A stretch of 61,509 nt of DNA, counting the filler, from Basidioascus undulatus (taxonomy: Eukaryota), in assembly GCA_000826855.1 (NCBI GenBank). It is 7 parts of 7 records of this genome, joined end to end, with 100 filler letters (N's around TTAATTAATTAA, not from the genome) between each part and the next. Parts side by side here need not be neighbours in the genome. Positions count along the whole stretch, not along the records: positions 55,773 to 61,509 come from JTLS01001880.1; 6 more parts are not named here. One strand, written 5' to 3'. Below are positions 58,087 to 61,509 of this stretch, one piece after another; within the stretch, counting starts at the first letter, position 1, and each line of letters opens with the position of its first letter. The translations under genes and the position numbers were made by a program. The notes under the pieces are model-generated. The model ran no database searches, was not told where the DNA came from, and saw nothing but the letters and a program-made list of their open reading frames with translations.

Positions 58087-58999
58087 TGCGTGGCCGTCGC
58101 GACAGACAGGAGGGACTGGTAGATGTCCGGGACCGCAGGGCTGGTGGGGAGTGGTAGGGCACGAGTTGCATTCGTACTTGCGCTATGTAAGAGGGGCAGG
58201 GAGGCTTGTTTGTTGTACTTGACGTGCTTGCGGGATGTCAATGATGTCAAACTAGCGAAGGATATCTGGCTCAGAAAGATGTTATGGGTATGGCGGTGAT
58301 TGGTGCTGGAAAATGTCACGCTGGAGACGCAGCCTGCTTTCAAGGGCAAGGATTCATGGCGGGACTCCCACCGCTCCTCGCCAATTGAGGGCCTAACATG
58401 CTGACAGTATACGAACTAAGAGGCTATCCGACGGCGAGGGATTGAAGCCAGAACTTGAAGTACGGACTTCAGAGTTGAAACGGTGCCCTTTCCGCTGTTA
58501 CTTTGCCGCTCACAGTCCGGGCGCGCACTCGTATCCTTGGCCAACAGTTGGCCTATCTCTTATTATCAATTCAAGAAAACTGAGCAACACATGGATTGTT
58601 TTCAAGCTGTAAAGGTCTCGTCCAGCTTCACACCCTTCCAGTCGCCTCCTCTAGCGCTCCAGCTTCACACTCTTTGAATCCCCTCTCCAGTGCTCCAGCT
58701 TCACACCCTTCCATTTGCCTCCTCCGGCTTCACCTGACGGTTGGGGAAAAGGGGACGGTACGCATTTTTTTTCGCCCTGCCAGTGCCTGATCCCGGTGTC
58801 CTCCCTGCTCCAATCGGCCTCATGCTGCCAAGGAGAGCGGCACGGACGGGATTCCACGCAAGCTAGACGGGACGGGCACGGCGTGGCTTTTGCCCCTTTC
58901 CACTCGCAAACCGCAGCTTTGGAGACCATTTGGTGAAGGAAGTACTCTGTAGGCTGCGGGCGATTTCCTAGGCCGAGTCCAATGCACTCGTGTTAGCAA

Positions 59000-60181
59000 A
59001 AAGTTGATCTGCACACTTGAAACGGGCACTGTGCCGAGTTGCGGTCACATACTCGTGTATGTATTTCAACGTTCTAATCCACTTCGCGCGATTTGCGTCG
59101 AAAATCGTGAAACTGTATGGCAACGGCCCGCATCAGAACGCATGCATACAAGCAAAGAGAACTCGCCCCAACGCCCCAAACCCGGTTGTTACTCACCCGC
59201 CATCTGCACCAGCCTACTCACATTCTCGCGATCCAAAGCACTGTACGGAATGTCCTGTCGAGCTCTTCCTGCAGATATATGGTACTCGGCAACACCCGCA
59301 AATCCGGTCGGGCTGTGGACTACGCAAAAGACGCGGGTGCGAGCATAGGATGCCACCTGGGAATATCTTGATCGGAACTTGCATCCCCCACCTGCTCACA
59401 TTCACCCGCCGACTCCAATACGCCTTTTCGAAGAGATTGCGGGTCCTGCAACGCTTCATGCTCTCGCAACACACAACAGTCATGCGCTTACTTTCTTGAA
59501 GCTCTCTGTTGACGCGGGAGCACCCGAGGCCCTCAGCTTCCTTGTCCTTTCAAGAACTCACGTGACTTACTGCTGAAAATCGTCAATCTAGAGCTTCACC
59601 TTCCTATGCAATCATTCGCCGTTCTTCAAAGTTTCGACCTGCCAAAGTTCTGCTGTTCCGCAATCCACAGCGCTCCACCCTATTGACATGAGCTTGAGAA
59701 ATGTCTTGCTGGATGTGACTCTTCCCTCTTTGGACAAAGCTACTTTCGGCACCAGGTCTCGAGGTGCAGCGCTACTCATTTTGCGAGCTCATGGTGCCCG
59801 ACTCCGCAAACTCCGCCTTTTCCTCCACCAAGAAGCGGAACACCTGTTACTCGATATTATCTCGCTTTGTCCTCGCCTCCAAAGTTTCGACTCGATTCTC
59901 CTAGACCCAAACGTAGTCAGTCCGCTTGTTCGAGCGCTCCCACCGTCGATTACAATGATCTCTATTCGAGGACAAGACGACCCGGTCATTGCAATGCTTC
60001 AAGAGCTGAATCGGCACCCAAGTCACTTGGGTTCTTTGAAACGCATAGATTTTCATTGCTACTCCTTAAGGATTCGCTCGACTTCGAAACTCAAGTTCGT
60101 CTGTTGATCGGGCAGCTCGCTGCAAGAGGCATGGAGGTGATGGCATATTATGGCATGTCTGGCTCCTTGTTACACCTTTAA
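59000..60181 (+). pseudogene. Degenerate LRR (RNI-like)/F-box-like gene
   Basis: ORF 59688-60107 has LRKLRL, IISLCPRLQSFD, LPPSITMISI and LGSLKRIDF. Upstream frames are broken. Confidence 0.3.
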
Positions 60182-61243
60182 TAAGCCCTCCAAGACAGGA
60201 CGTTTGTTGCTCGAAGCCTTTATCGTTAAATGCTGCCACTTGTGTGCTCTGCAACCGATGTGTGTTTGGGCACCGCGAAATGGAGTACTCGGCTACGGCT
60301 ATGAAACTCCTTCTTCTTGCCTAAAACCCCGATTCGTGGATCCTACATTGCTACGGCCGGACCAGCACCGGCCAGCAACGCAACGCACCCCTTCGGCCTT
60401 TTCCTCCCACACTTTCCTGGCCTACCATCACCGGGCTCTGGTCGCCACATGCTTGCTGAATAAGGATGTCCTTTCTTCAAAACTGCTGTTCTGGTGACTG
60501 AAGACATGCTGCACCGAAGCCGCATACATGTGTAGGTCCCGTCGTACACATGCGCGCCTGACCTCGACTCGCCTGAGCGTGCCTGCTTCTCGGTATAACT
60601 GGAAACACCGGCCTGATACTTCTCGGCATGTATTCTAGGATCCGACTCACCAATTCTGGCTAGCAAACGGGAAAGTAGGACCGCAAGACACGAAATACTT
60701 CCATTGCGGCTTAAGTGGCCATGATCTGAGAGTTTCCAGCGTACTTCATTAATTTCAGTACGAGACAGCTGTGCTTGTTGGGTCATGACGGTACGGTATA
60801 CATCTCTGAGCGTCGTCCTCCTTGGGCAACAAAGCCAGACCGGACGATGGAGACTCAGCGTGGCGTGACGCCTCAGTGCTGCCTGCGATCGTGGCCAGCC
60901 TGCGGGGATGGGGTTTAAAGTTCTCTTTTGAGTCTTGTTATCAAACATTGTTTCTAAGGTGCCTCTGCCCGTGATGGGCATCTGCATGCCCTCTGCCCCT
61001 TGCAGCTGTACTCCGCATTCGCGACATCGTTGATGTCGTGCGCAGGCTGCAGGTTGCATGGTGACACAGCCCGATCTCCTTCCTCTTCTGATATTAGGCC
61101 ATTAGAATGCGATCTTTAAAAAGGGTTGACCTTCGGGCGCTCGTACTGCTGGACCGCTTTCAAACATCGCAGAGTGCCCTCGCGAAGAGTGTGGAGTAGG
61201 CATATCGCTCGTAACGTTGGACACCCTAGCAGAAGATCAGTTT

Positions 61244-61509
61244 TCAATCAGAGAGTTCAATGACCTCCCCCGTCCCCTGGCCCGTCCGTGCCGCACCCGC
61301 CCTCCCTTCACCTGCACCCACGCCTCTTCGCCGCCCAACCACCTCCTCCGTCCCATCAGGCTCATCACTATCAACGCCCACCACCGTCCTCCGCGCCTGC
61401 ACCTGCGTCTTCGTGACAGGCTGCGACGACGCAGCCTCGAGCGCGTCGAGCTGCGCGGCGAAGAGCGGGTCGTCGAAGAACGAGTCGTCGTCGTCGGAGA
61501 TTGAGGGGG
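61244..61509 (-). CDS. C-terminus of an unidentified protein (gene extends beyond the window)
   Basis: GC3-rich frame ..SISDDDDSFFDDPLFAAQLDALEAASSQ...GEVIELSD* with TGA at 61244-61246. Confidence 0.6.
   Translation of the reverse strand, partial: PSISDDDDSFFDDPLFAAQLDALEAASSQPVTKTQVQARRTVVGVDSDEPDGTEEVVGRRRGVGAGEGRAGAARTGQGTGEVIELSD

Overview
Intron-rich fungal DNA, most likely a basidiomycete (GTGCGT/GTGAGT donors, GC-rich third codon positions). The window is not one locus. It holds seven contigs joined by an artificial 100-bp linker (N44-TTAATTAATTAA-N44): 1-5758, 5859-11612, 11713-17456, 17557-23298, 23399-29137, 29238-55672 and 55773-61509. Recognisable genes are tRNA-Val(AAC), DBF4, the 3' part of MO25/HYM1, a SIRT4-like sirtuin head-to-head with the 5' part of glyoxalase I, an FAD-dependent aromatic monooxygenase, the 3' part of a laccase, malate synthase, a Zn-dependent alcohol dehydrogenase with one in-frame TAG, pentafunctional AROM (ARO1), a partial CCDC174-like gene and a Spf31/DNAJC8 J-protein. 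There is also a class-III aminotransferase pseudogene, several decayed F-box/LRR-like genes and one large orphan gene. Three signals stand out: (1) a tRNA-Arg(ACG) whose 3' half lies directly upstream of its 5' half, one base apart (candidate circularly permuted tRNA gene, but at a contig edge); (2) a laccase with a ~130-aa insert of two homologous helical repeats between cupredoxin domains 2 and 3; (3) a sirtuin with no cysteines at its zinc-binding site. All family calls come from motifs recognised by eye and manual splicing; no searches were run.
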